From Meyerozyma guilliermondii (taxonomy: Eukaryota): a stretch of 64,000 bases of DNA. Both the position numbers and the translations under genes were made by a program. Shown here piece after piece: positions 1 to 11,100 of this stretch. Below the pieces are notes generated by a model. It was not told the DNA's origin. It saw only the letters and a list, made by a program, of their open reading frames with translations, and did no database searches. Location: positions 62,001 through 126,000 of the forward strand of contig CP128821.1 in NCBI GenBank assembly GCA_051546255.1. The letters run 5' to 3'. Numbering within the stretch: position 1 is the first letter of the stretch; the number at the start of each line of letters is the position of its first letter.

Positions 1-168
1 AATGACATTTCGGGTGCAAGTACCCGGTAACGAGGTAGATATCGGATAGTGTGTCAAGAAACAGCCGATGGACTTGAACTACTATATAAGTCGAGATACC
101 TCTTCATGGAGCCAGTGCCGTCTCCGACAACAACTAGAGATAAATCCAGACCGTGAAGAACTTTTAAT

Positions 169-3100
169 ATGGTATCCAAAGGAATTCTGATTGCGATTGA
201 TCGTGGTGGAACTTTCTGTGATGTTATTGCCAAGATTCCAGGTCATCAAGACTACGTCTTCAAACTCCTTTCTGTTGATCCGAAAAACTACAAGGATGCT
301 CCGACTGAAGGTATTCGTAGAGTATTGGAAAAAGCACATAACAGGAAAATTCCTAAGAACGAATTGCTTTCTTTGGAACTGATTGATAGTATTAGAATGG
401 GAACTACAGTTGCGACTAATGCTCTCTTGGAACGTAAAGGTGCAAAGGTGTGCTTGATAACAACCAAGGGATTCCACGATGTACTTGCGATAGGCAACCA
501 AACCCGTCCTAATATTTTTGATCTCACGGCAGAAAAACTTGGTCACTTGTATGAACTGGTACTTGAGGTTGACGAGCGTATAACTATTGAAACTTTTTCC
601 GAAGGAGGAGGAGATAAGTTGAAGATTGATGTGGATTCCGATCCTAATCTCGTACGCAGTTCTACTGGAGATATTATCCGGATCTTGAAAAGGCCCAATT
701 ATGAGAAGGTCGAAGCAGATTTACAGCAATTATATGATCAAGGTGAGATCAAGACCATTGCGCTCTGTCTTTTGCATTCTTACGCTTTTCCAGACCACGA
801 AAAGCAAATTGCTAAAATCTGCAAAAAAATTGGGTTTTCTGTCTCGGTGTCCCATGAACTTCAGCCCATGATAGGTATGGTGAACAGAACGTCTTCGACT
901 GTTGCTGATGCTTACTTATCGCCAGTAGTTCAAGAATACATGGAGGGCTTTGGTGCTGGATTTGAAGGTGGATTGGAGTCTTTTGGTAACAAGCTTTTGT
1001 TCATGCAAAGTAATGGTGGACTTGCTCCGTGGTACAGGTTTACTGGTCTCAAGGCTATTCTTTCTGGACCAGCTGGAGGTGTAGTTGGGTTCGGAGAAAC
1101 ATGCTACGATACCAAGTCAAGAACAGCTACTATTGGATTTGATGCTGGTGGAACTTCTACCGACGTTTCACGGTACTGCGGCTCATTGGAGCACATTTAT
1201 GAGACGGTTGTTAGTCAAGTGAGTTTACAAACTCCACAACTTGATATTTCCACGGTTGCTGCTGGAGGAGGTTCCATGCTTTTTTGGAAAAATGGGATGT
1301 TTGTCGTTGGCCCTGAGTCAGCTGGATCTGATCCTGGACCAGCTTGCTACCGTAAGGGAGGACCCTTGACGGTAACTGATGCGAACTTGTTTTTGGGAAG
1401 ATTAATTCCTGAACACTTTCCAAACATTTTTGGTCCAAACCATGATGAGCCACTCGATGCCAAAACTACTGCTGAAAAGTTTAAGGAGCTTACCGCCGTC
1501 ATTAACCAGGAAAAGGGAAGCACAGAGGCTATGACTCCAGAACAAGTGGCAGAAGGTTTTCTCAAGGTTGCAGTGGAAGCCATGGCCAGACCGATCAGAA
1601 ATATCACAGAAGCAAAGGGCTACAAAACTTCAGAGCACAACTTGGCATGTTTTGGTGGTACTGGAGGTCAATTTTCAGTGGCCTTAGCCAAGAATCTTCT
1701 GATTCGTTCGGCTGCAATTCACAAGTATTCCTCTTTATTGTCTGCTCATGGAATCATGCTCGCCGATATCTTGATAGAGAAGCAAGCACCGCTCACTTGT
1801 GCCTATTCTGAAGATAATTATGCTTTGATTGACAGGACTGTGGAAGGGTTAGTGAACGATGCGTATAAGGACTACGAGCTGCAAAATTTGGTAGAATTTG
1901 AGACCAGCGTTCAAGTCATGTTGAATATGAGATATGTTGGTTCCGATACCCACTTGCTTATCCCCAAGAATGAGCACTACGATGCTGCTGACTCTTTTGT
2001 TCAGAGACACAAAAGTGAGTTTGGGTTCACCTTGGATAGAATGGTACTTGTTGATGATGTTCAGGTTATTCTTGTCGCCAAGGGTCGTGATAAAGAGACG
2101 TGCAATCCCTTTGAAGAGGTCAAGAGCATCGAAACTCAGAAAACGAAATCCTCTGCGTCGCACAAATCTGTCTATTTTGAAAGCAAAGGCTGGATAGACA
2201 CGGCTATTTACAAGTTGAAAGACCTCGTCAAAGGGGACTTGGTTCATGGTCCAGCAATTATTCTCGATGAAACTCAGACGATTGTCATTGAGCCCTTTTC
2301 ACTTGCAACTATTTTGACAAGCCATGTGCTCATCTCCATCGAGCAAGGCAGTGCTCCAGAGCTCTCCGCCAAGGTGGTGGATCCAATTCAACTCTCTGTT
2401 TTTGGCCATAGGTTCATGTCAATTGCAGAACAGATGGGTCGAACTTTGCAACAAACTGCCATTTCTACCAATATTAAAGAACGGCTAGATTTTTCTTGTG
2501 CTGTGTTTGACAAAAATGGTGATTTGGTAGCCAATGCTCCTCATGTTCCTATTCATCTAGGAGCCATGTCGTTCGCCGTGAAGGGCCAACTAGAGATGTG
2601 GAAGGGAAAACTTGATCATGGCGACGTCCTCGTTACCAACCACCCTCTGGCAGGCGGTTCACATTTACCTGATATCACTGTGATAACTCCTGTTTTGGAT
2701 GAAGATAAGAACCCTATTTTCTGGACTGCTTCACGGGCTCACCATGCGGATATTGGTTCTATTTCTGCTGGTTCAATGCCTCCAAATTCGAAAACTATTT
2801 TTGACGAAGGTGCTGCAATCATGACCTTCAAGTTGTGCTCGAATGGGAAATTTGATGAGGCTGGAATCACCAAGCTACTTGTTGACGAACCTGCTAAGCA
2901 TCCTGGTGGTTCCGGGTCTCGTGCTTTGAGTGATAACATTTCTGACCTTAAGGCTCAGGTTTCTGCCAACTATAAGGGTATCACCTTATTGAAGGACTTG
3001 ATCGATACATTCTCATATTCGGTTATCGACTTGTACATGGGTGCCATTCAGTCAACGTCAGAGGTTGCTGTCAAGAATCTTCTACGGTATGTCAACGAAA

Positions 3101-4074
3101 AGTTTGAAGGTAAGAATCTCGAAGCAATAGATTATCTTGACGATGGAACTCAAATTGCTCTCAAGATTGTTATAAACGCTTCAGAGGGCACTGCTGAGTT
3201 TGACTTTACAAATTCCGGTAACGAGATGTACGGCAATTTGAATGCTCCCAAGGCTATCTTGTATTCTGCTGTCTTGTATGTGTTGAGATCATTGATAAGC
3301 AGCGATATTCCTCTCAACAATGGATGTTTACGGCCGATCAGATTCAAGACTCGTGAAGGCTCGGTGGTGTCTCCTTCGTCTGAAGCAGCAGTGGCAGGTG
3401 GAAACGTGGAAACAACCCAGCGTATCGTCGATGTAATGTTGAAGGCATTTGAAGCGGCTGCAGCATCACAAGGAACTTGCAATAACTTTACATTCGGTGT
3501 CTGCAACAAAGAGAAGGGAATTTCATTTGGATACTACGAAACCATTTGTGGTGGATCGGGAGCAGGACCAACTTGGGATGGTCAGAGTGCTGTGCAATGC
3601 CATACCACGAATACCAAGATCACCGATACTGAACTTTTTGAAAAAAGGTATCCGATTATCGTGCATAGATTTCAAATCAGGCACGGTCTGGGTGGCAGTG
3701 GTGTACACCGTGGAGGAAACGGAATCATCAGAGACATTGAGTTTACGTTTGATAACCTCGAGGTTTCTTGTTTGATGGAAAGACGAGCACTCGCACCTTT
3801 TGGACTTTTGGGCGGAAAAGATGGACTTCGGGGAACGAATATCTGGTACCGCAAGGATGCCACCTCTGATACCTACAGGGAGATTTCGCTAGGAGGCAAG
3901 TGTACAGTTCGGGTGCAAAAAGGTGATCATGTCATCATTATGACTCCAGGTGGAGGAGGGTACGGTGACCCAAATCTGAAGTTAAAGAGCATTGACTATA
4001 AAATTACTAGCGCTCCGCCTGCTATATATACCGGGTCGGTAGGAATGATGGCAGCAACACAGGAAACCAATTGA
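169..4074 (+). CDS. OXP1: 5-oxoprolinase (ATP-hydrolysing; hydantoinase A/B fusion)
   Basis: 1301-aa ORF with IAIDRGGTF, RMGTTVATNALLERKG, FDAGGTSTDVSRY, STNIKERLDFSCA, ANAPHVPIHLG and TPGGGGYG motifs; TATATAA at 83-89. Orthologue versus paralogue not resolved. Confidence 0.93.
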   Translation: MVSKGILIAIDRGGTFCDVIAKIPGHQDYVFKLLSVDPKNYKDAPTEGIRRVLEKAHNRKIPKNELLSLELIDSIRMGTTVATNALLERKGAKVCLITTKGFHDVLAIGNQTRPNIFDLTAEKLGHLYELVLEVDERITIETFSEGGGDKLKIDVDSDPNLVRSSTGDIIRILKRPNYEKVEADLQQLYDQGEIKTIALCLLHSYAFPDHEKQIAKICKKIGFSVSVSHELQPMIGMVNRTSSTVADAYLSPVVQEYMEGFGAGFEGGLESFGNKLLFMQSNGGLAPWYRFTGLKAILSGPAGGVVGFGETCYDTKSRTATIGFDAGGTSTDVSRYCGSLEHIYETVVSQVSLQTPQLDISTVAAGGGSMLFWKNGMFVVGPESAGSDPGPACYRKGGPLTVTDANLFLGRLIPEHFPNIFGPNHDEPLDAKTTAEKFKELTAVINQEKGSTEAMTPEQVAEGFLKVAVEAMARPIRNITEAKGYKTSEHNLACFGGTGGQFSVALAKNLLIRSAAIHKYSSLLSAHGIMLADILIEKQAPLTCAYSEDNYALIDRTVEGLVNDAYKDYELQNLVEFETSVQVMLNMRYVGSDTHLLIPKNEHYDAADSFVQRHKSEFGFTLDRMVLVDDVQVILVAKGRDKETCNPFEEVKSIETQKTKSSASHKSVYFESKGWIDTAIYKLKDLVKGDLVHGPAIILDETQTIVIEPFSLATILTSHVLISIEQGSAPELSAKVVDPIQLSVFGHRFMSIAEQMGRTLQQTAISTNIKERLDFSCAVFDKNGDLVANAPHVPIHLGAMSFAVKGQLEMWKGKLDHGDVLVTNHPLAGGSHLPDITVITPVLDEDKNPIFWTASRAHHADIGSISAGSMPPNSKTIFDEGAAIMTFKLCSNGKFDEAGITKLLVDEPAKHPGGSGSRALSDNISDLKAQVSANYKGITLLKDLIDTFSYSVIDLYMGAIQSTSEVAVKNLLRYVNEKFEGKNLEAIDYLDDGTQIALKIVINASEGTAEFDFTNSGNEMYGNLNAPKAILYSAVLYVLRSLISSDIPLNNGCLRPIRFKTREGSVVSPSSEAAVAGGNVETTQRIVDVMLKAFEAAAASQGTCNNFTFGVCNKEKGISFGYYETICGGSGAGPTWDGQSAVQCHTTNTKITDTELFEKRYPIIVHRFQIRHGLGGSGVHRGGNGIIRDIEFTFDNLEVSCLMERRALAPFGLLGGKDGLRGTNIWYRKDATSDTYREISLGGKCTVRVQKGDHVIIMTPGGGGYGDPNLKLKSIDYKITSAPPAIYTGSVGMMAATQETN

Positions 4075-4359
4075 AACTTTGAATAAATATAGTATTCATA
4101 AAAATAAAAATCAAATGAAATTCCTAATAATCGCTGCTTCTTGGTATTTGATAGAAATAGTGAGTGTAGAATAAGTCTATATACATGCTTCTCTATTGAG
4201 TAGGTCCCTCAAAATTTATGCTACTTCACATTTGAATTCATTTTTGTAATCCACATGTCATATCAGGATAGGTTTACGATCCCTTTGAAAGCAATTTTTG
4301 ACATGTTGACTGAAGACATTGATGATTGTAGATGATACGATTTATCAGGAATAGTTGTC

Positions 4360-6451
4360 CTAAAAACCGTAGAATTCCTCATCGAATGGTAAACTCTCTA
4401 GTTCGAGAATACTTCGAGGCAAGTTTAAAAATTCTGCTGCTTCGTTCTCAAAGATTGAATCTCCTTCAGTATCAACATTTTCAACCAAATCTGAACCATT
4501 GTATTCCACTAGGGACGTTGGTATCATTCCCAGCTCATCTAAACTTTTCATTATGTGAGATTGGATCCTGTCAAATCTTTGGAAAGCTACTTTTGCAGCC
4601 GTGCATCCCATTGCTAACACTTGGAGTACTGAAATTCCCTTTTTGAAAAATAGCAAGGTACTTTCGGATTTATCAACTTTCAAAAACACGGCAATCATAA
4701 AAAGGCTTGCATTACAAAAATTGAAATCAGTTGATGAAAATAACCCAAGCTTTTGATTTTCCGCTAGTGATTCAAAAAGCTGAACCATTCTGAATGCAGA
4801 ATCCACACCTATTGAAGCCAAGTGGTCAATGAACACCCTCTCACTATTATTCAAGTTTTTCTTACCACTTTGTAGTTCCACTTTTAGCAACAAGAACGGC
4901 TTGCCGAGGTATAGTTTGGCCAACAAGAAATTCAATCGTAAATGTATGTGGGCTCGATAAAGGTTATCTTTCGAGTCTAATTCAAGGTCGAGTATCGATG
5001 AATAGCTAATCTTCCATTCGTCAAGCGATTTCAACAATTCTTTGATATCATCAAAATCCAACTTTACGAAACGATCTTTGCTATTCAATGAAGGAGATAC
5101 ACTCAACGTCAGAGATATTCGATCTATGATGAATGTCAACTCTACCATGGCTCTCTGATTTAGGTAGTTTGACGTTCCGTTCTCGTTTCTCAATTCAGGG
5201 CAGTCACTTGGTAACTGAGAAGTTATTTCCTCCTTATCTATGAGACTTGGCTTCCCTAGATTGATACCATATTTTCTTTCTAAGCAATAACAGCTCCACC
5301 AAAATCTTAGCTTTGCTTCATCTTCTGGCGAATTCACCACCAGAATCAAATGCACTTTGTTAGCTAACGCTATTTCAGTAGCCGTCCGGAGATAGATGTA
5401 GCCGCTTTCATCAGAAGGTCCAATGTTGAAGGAAATAGAATCAGACACGCTTGTTTCGATTGATGTGAGAAACTGCCCAAATAATAGCAAACCTTGAGCA
5501 CTAGCAAGATCATGACAAGCTATCAAGTCACCAATAAAAGGAATGCAAGCCTTGTAGTACTTCATCCCAGGATCTTGGAGTCCTAGCATGAAATGAGTAA
5601 CCTTTGGTAGTGTGTTTTCTTCCACCAAATATTCATAACCAGAACCAACGGCGAGCACGCCAAATAGAACTACTATAAATTTCCAATCTTGAATAATTTT
5701 ATGTTTCAGCCAGTTCTTGTAACGCAGAAGGAATAGCTGGAGTTCTGTCGTAAACTTTTGATAATTGACATAGTAATAGTTGTTTTGACAGACTGCAAAG
5801 AATGTCTCAGTCAATTGAAGTAAATCCTTTTCGTTTTCAATAACATTTAAAGCTCTCACTAGACTGTCATGTCCTATAGATGGCAGGTAGCTGGGGTTCT
5901 CAAACTTTATTTCCGCATAGTCTCCAACGCTTGAAGTTTCATCAAAAAAATGAAGAAAACTTTTTTTGCTTGTAGAAGCATAACTTGATTGCATATTTCC
6001 AACACTAACTTTGTCGTCTATAACATCACCACGTTCAGAACAAATGGCACGTTGGATTATATCCACATGATTCCGTATATATCGTCGAGAAACTCCAGGA
6101 TAATGGAACTGAACAATACTTTCAAGCTTACTTATATAGGCTTTCAAGTCTTTGATGTCTTCGCTACTTTGTTAGTAAAGTTTTGTAAATTTCGCCAAAT
6201 ACATACGTTGGATTGTTGGTATCGGATTCTTTCGCAGGAGAGACAATCTTACAGTCAAACTTGTTATCTTTACAATAATTACATGGATAACCACCAGAGC
6301 ATTTGGTTTTATTTCGACGACATTTCTCACATCTAGGTTAGTGGGGATTTTGAACAAATACTTTCATGGTTACTTACGCTACTGATACTCGTTTTCTGAG
6401 ATGTAAAGGGACCTTTTCCCTCACTCTAGTGACCTTTTTTCGAGCTGCCAT
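4360..6451 (-). CDS. Zn(II)2Cys6 transcription factor, 3 exons (6451-6378, 6332-6207, 6163-4360), about 667 aa
   Basis: Splicing GTAAGT..CACTAAC-CTAG (6377-6333) and GTATGT..TACTAAC-AAAGTAG (6206-6164) gives RKRVSVA-CEKCRRNKTKCSGGYPCNYCKDNKFDC in frame with the 595-aa ORF, which has a fungal TF middle-homology region (RFWWSCYCLERKYGINLGKP). Confidence 0.92.
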
Positions 6452-6736
6452 CTAGCAATTGAGAAGAAATATCTAGTAAATTTATATGGACATTTGGATC
6501 TCCGGGGTAAATGTGTGCAGGAACAGATAATGTCCGGATTCCAGAGGTGAGATACAGAAGAGTCTAGAGGAGAGGTCTTCGGAGCACCCTGATCCGATAA
6601 AACGCTTACAAACCCGTATTCTACAACACCAGACTAGATCAAAAGGTATTGACTACATTCAGAAGACCGAAAATGAGAAAATCTGTATGCGCTCCATTAT
6701 TAGGATTTTGCACCCAAATGGCTTGTTGCATTCATA

Positions 6737-8266
6737 TCAAAAAACATACCTAAAATACTTTTTCTCGTGATCAGTTATATCCAAATTGTCATTTTCATCA
6801 GTTTCACCGGTTGGAACTCCGTACAACCGGTCACGCTTTTGGTTCTCCAAATAACATCCCACACTGTAAGCTATAGAGGTCAAAACAGAAACGACCAAAA
6901 ATGCCAAGAGCGCTCTGTATCCAGTAGGATACTTTGGTTCTTCACTGGATATGAAAAATTGTGGTGCTATGATATTAGCGACACAGTAACTGATAAAGCA
7001 AATTGTATTCACAGCCGTTTTTTTGGTGTAGCCAGAGGTATTGTTGTTGATGGTGGATAAAACAAGTGGATAGGGGCCCCAGTAGAAATAAAAGAAATAG
7101 TAACACACTAACAAGTGCTTGTTATCTTTCAATTTCATGATAAGTACACAACAGACCAATGGTACCAACATGCAGACACCGGATAATATCATGACGTATC
7201 TATACCTTAAAAGGTATGAACCAAGTGCAATCAATAAAGAAGCAACTGACATGAAGACTCCGGTTGGCATACCCAATAATAAGGTTTCTCTTTTGGAGTT
7301 TCCCAACCCGGATACAATTTGACTGGCAAAAGTGACCAAAGCACCATTGGGAACTTGGATCGCTAAAACCATCAAGGCTGCAACCCAAGTTTTCCAGTCT
7401 GTTAATGCTTCCATCAACTGATACTTTTTGAAATGGGAATTCTTGATTCCGGTTCCGTTATGTTGCATCCTTGAAACGGCAATATACTTCTCTTTTTCTG
7501 TGAGAAGATATGTTTTAGTTGGCGAATCTGGAACGAACGCAATCAACAGGATTCCAAGAACGAAAGAAACGACTCCAAGAACTATAAAGAGCAATCTCCA
7601 AGGAGCAATCAGTGTGTGTCTTTCACCAATTCCAACAGCCACACCATTCGAAAGAAGCGACGATAAAGCACTGAACACGATAGCCAATCGAATTGGCAGT
7701 TCTTTCTTTGTATAAAACATGGCAATGATTGCGTTCACGCCAGGAAAAATGAAGGCTTCACCCATACCCATGACAAAACGAAGACTAGCTATGCCAGCAA
7801 AATTATGAGTTGCTCCCATACATGCCATAATTATACTCCACAACGTATAAGTGATACCAAGAACTTTACCAATTCTGTATCTTTGAAGTAGGAAATTGGC
7901 AAGTGGCTCCATTATAAGGTATCCAAAGAAAAATATACTTCCTGCCCAAGAGTACTGGTTATTCTTCAAGTTCAAGTCCACACTCATGCCGTATAGCGAA
8001 GCATTGGAAAGAATGATTTTGTCGGCAGCTGAAACAAGAATGGCAATTGTTAAAATGGGAATAAGAATAACATCAAGTTTGATTTTGAGTCTTTTCTCGT
8101 CAGCCTCGGTATATCCAGAATATTCCGGATGGGAATTCAAGAATATAGCACCTTCATCAAGTTTAGATTTTTCCACTTCAATCACATTATCGTGCTTTTC
8201 ATTCGTATATGAAGGTTCGCTTCCATCGTTGACAACAATTTCCACTTGCAGTTTATTTGGAGTCAT
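6737..8266 (-). CDS. MFS transporter, allantoate permease (Dal5/ACS) family
   Basis: 509 aa with many hydrophobic helices; QYSWAGSIFFFGYL, LRFVMGMGEA, PDSPTKTYLLTEKEK, NTSGYTKK and C-terminal DITDHEKKYFRYVF typical of the family. Confidence 0.9.
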   Translation of the reverse strand: MTPNKLQVEIVVNDGSEPSYTNEKHDNVIEVEKSKLDEGAIFLNSHPEYSGYTEADEKRLKIKLDVILIPILTIAILVSAADKIILSNASLYGMSVDLNLKNNQYSWAGSIFFFGYLIMEPLANFLLQRYRIGKVLGITYTLWSIIMACMGATHNFAGIASLRFVMGMGEAFIFPGVNAIIAMFYTKKELPIRLAIVFSALSSLLSNGVAVGIGERHTLIAPWRLLFIVLGVVSFVLGILLIAFVPDSPTKTYLLTEKEKYIAVSRMQHNGTGIKNSHFKKYQLMEALTDWKTWVAALMVLAIQVPNGALVTFASQIVSGLGNSKRETLLLGMPTGVFMSVASLLIALGSYLLRYRYVMILSGVCMLVPLVCCVLIMKLKDNKHLLVCYYFFYFYWGPYPLVLSTINNNTSGYTKKTAVNTICFISYCVANIIAPQFFISSEEPKYPTGYRALLAFLVVSVLTSIAYSVGCYLENQKRDRLYGVPTGETDENDNLDITDHEKKYFRYVF

Positions 8267-9482
8267 TTTCCTATAAAACTGAAAAGTTTCATGGTTTCCG
8301 ATACTTATGTAGTTTTAGATAAGCATATTCCGTATCTTCATTTTGATCTTTCATAAACATTCGTTCGGATACCGCACCCGATTATCATGGTTGTGGGTGT
8401 TTGGATGTGGAAGTTTTGATAGTTATCCGTCGGGTACGGTTTTCCGAAGAAATACGAAGATTTGTAGATTGTGGGGTAGATGTCAAGGAATAAGAAAAGG
8501 AGATAAGAATGAAAATCACGCAATTTCAGAATTCAATATCCTTGCTTTACTTTATGATCACATTTATGTATTTAGATTTTATATTTTTGACCCTATTTTT
8601 AGCTAGCTACGATCCTCCTAATTGGTAAACTCCACTCTGTAATCTTCCGGTGGCCTGTGAGTTTGAAGTAACCTTTGGACTCTGGTAATCTCCTTTGGTG
8701 CACTTTGAGCAAGTTATACAACACAGTTAAGACCGGAGCTACTATTGTACTGAAGGCACAAAACAATGCAAATAGAATATTGTTCGATGACGGCTCCATT
8801 CAACGAGACGATAATATTCTTATAAAACTTGGGAAATTATATGAGGAAGTGAATGTCTTCGCAAGGGGTCATGCTCTAGAATTACTGTAGACCCATGAAC
8901 AGCCAAACGTAGGAACAAAAACGTTGAAATGAATTCTACTAATTTTCAGGTACTTCTTTGGTAATTCGGATGAAGGTGGTAAATGGAACAAAACGCTAAC
9001 TTTCTCTTGAAGGCACTTCATCGGCAGAATAGCCCAGTTGATAGATATAACCTGTTCCATACAAGTTCATTTTTAATATTCTAGTTTCCTCATTAGTACT
9101 TTGGCAAAATTCAACTTTTACTTTTGATTTGATCTTCACCAGTGAGGGTTGACCAGCAAGAACCTTCTCTTCAAGATTCAATTATTGATCAGATGTTACT
9201 CTCTTTGAGTTTTACTTCCATCTAGCTCAATTGATGAATCTGGCTGAAGTCATGACACCACATCAATAATTGCTGTTGCGCTCCTTTCAAGTAGGCTAAT
9301 TCAATCCCGACTCTCATGAAATTTCAGGTCACTTCTGATCAACTTCCGCTTCCATCTGACTTGTTCTTCTTAATTTTCACTGCTTGTCCGTTCTCGCTCT
9401 CTTCCCCATTTTCGCTTTCGCAAATTTCATTTTCAATTCGCACTGAATTCTCATTTCTCACTTCTTTCTCGCGACGCGCTCA

Positions 9483-10571
9483 ATGTCTTTGTGGGTAGAC
9501 AAGTATAGACCAAGGTCCTTGGACCAGCTCTCGTTCCACGACAGCATCACAAATAACCTCAGGGCCCTTGCTAGCACCGGAGACTTTCCCCATCTCTTGG
9601 TTTACGGCCCCAGTGGAAGTGGAAAAAAAACACGAATCTACTCAACACTCCATGAATTGTATGGTCCTCTGGTAGAAAAACTCAAGATTGACGTGAAAAA
9701 GTTCACCACCACGTCCAACAGAAAGCTCGAGTTTAACGTGTTGAGCTCGCCTCATCATTTGGAAATTACCCCGTCAGATATGGGAAACAACGACAGAGTA
9801 GTGATCCAGGATCTTCTCAAAGACGTGGCTTCTACAGAGCAGGTGGACTTCACGGCAAAGGCTTCGTCGCCCAGACACAAGTTCAAGGTTGTGGTGATCA
9901 ACGAGGCCGATTCACTCAGTAGAGATGCCCAGGCAGCGTTGAGAAGAACCATGGAAAAATACTCCAGTAACATTCGTCTTATTATGGTTTGCAACACCAC
10001 TTCCAGTATCATTTCTCCCATCAAGTCGCGTACGCTTCTTGTGCGGATTCCGGCTCCAACAACGGCAGAAATTGCCCTGGTGCTCACCACCATTGCCGAC
10101 AAAGAAACTGTCAAATTCAACCCTGGCGACGAAGAAACTCGCCAAAAGTTCTTTGAGCAATTAGCCACCAATTGCAACCGGAACATGCGCCGGGCATTGC
10201 TCTGCTTTGAAACCATTCTGATGCAGACGGAAACCATCAACATTAACAACCCTAAACAGGCAATCGTGGACCTCGATTGGGAGGTGATTATCCTGAACCT
10301 TGCCCAATCCATCTACACTCAGCGAACAGTAGCTAATTTGGCAAAGGTTAGAGTGGTGCTCTACGAACTCTTGTCCCACTGTATTCCCCCGGCAGTCATT
10401 CTCAAGACTCTTCTTTTCGACTTGATCAAGCTAGCCAACAAAGACCTGCTCACACGAGACTTGGTGGGGGTGGCCGCTGTGTTTGACGAGAGGTTGAGTT
10501 TGGGACAAAAAAGCATATTTCATTTGGAGGGGTTCGTGGCCAAAGCCATGTTGGCTATAGACAGTATATAG
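9483..10571 (+). CDS. RFC5: Replication factor C subunit 5
   Basis: MSLWVDKYRP, PHLLVYGPSGSGKKT, AQAALRRTMEKY, IFHLEGF; CGCG (MCB-like) sites just upstream at about 9470-9479. Confidence 0.96.
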   Translation: MSLWVDKYRPRSLDQLSFHDSITNNLRALASTGDFPHLLVYGPSGSGKKTRIYSTLHELYGPLVEKLKIDVKKFTTTSNRKLEFNVLSSPHHLEITPSDMGNNDRVVIQDLLKDVASTEQVDFTAKASSPRHKFKVVVINEADSLSRDAQAALRRTMEKYSSNIRLIMVCNTTSSIISPIKSRTLLVRIPAPTTAEIALVLTTIADKETVKFNPGDEETRQKFFEQLATNCNRNMRRALLCFETILMQTETININNPKQAIVDLDWEVIILNLAQSIYTQRTVANLAKVRVVLYELLSHCIPPAVILKTLLFDLIKLANKDLLTRDLVGVAAVFDERLSLGQKSIFHLEGFVAKAMLAIDSI

Positions 10572-10575
10572 GCAA

Positions 10576-11007
10576 CTACTGCTGCACCTTGTGGTCGCCG
10601 CTACTCTTGTTGTCGCGAGGTTGAACCATGATATCGTCATAATGGGGAGGAGCTTCCAGGCTACTAGGAATTGGTGAGTCTACTAGTTGAGGAGTGTTGA
10701 GAGGAGTGCGGCTCGTTTCGTTAGTTTCGCTTGTTATGGGCTCAGGATGGTCAGCTGATTCTTCGTCAATGGGCCGGTATCCATTATGGTCTGCCAAATT
10801 GCGAGGATATTGAACAAAAATACAATATATCGTGAAAACCGTGCTGGGGAAGAAACCGAAAAACATCAAAATTATCGAAACCACAAGCTCACGTCTCATA
10901 TCACAGCGTGAGTTCAACAAGCCCACGGCCAACGGAGGGAGAACACACGCCATGATGATCAAGAGAATTTTTTGCACATCGTTTAATGGAACCTGGTGAT
11001 TAGGCAT
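10576..11007 (-). CDS. Pmp3/Sna-family small membrane protein with PY motif (Sna3/Sna4-like)
   Basis: ILLIIMACVLPPLAV plus a second TM helix; C-terminal tail with APPHY (PPxY). Confidence 0.8.
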   Translation of the reverse strand: MPNHQVPLNDVQKILLIIMACVLPPLAVGLLNSRCDMRRELVVSIILMFFGFFPSTVFTIYCIFVQYPRNLADHNGYRPIDEESADHPEPITSETNETSRTPLNTPQLVDSPIPSSLEAPPHYDDIMVQPRDNKSSGDHKVQQ

Positions 11008-11100
11008 CTTGCGGATTTCGCCTGCGCCGCGCTCATATCTCTAAATAGGCTTGGTGTACTGGGTGTGGATATCAAGCATTTTTCTGGGTTGTCTTTTGGC

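Noticed and set aside
6172..6357. 61-aa minus-strand ORF
   Set aside because: Wrong-frame reading of TF exon 2 and its introns.
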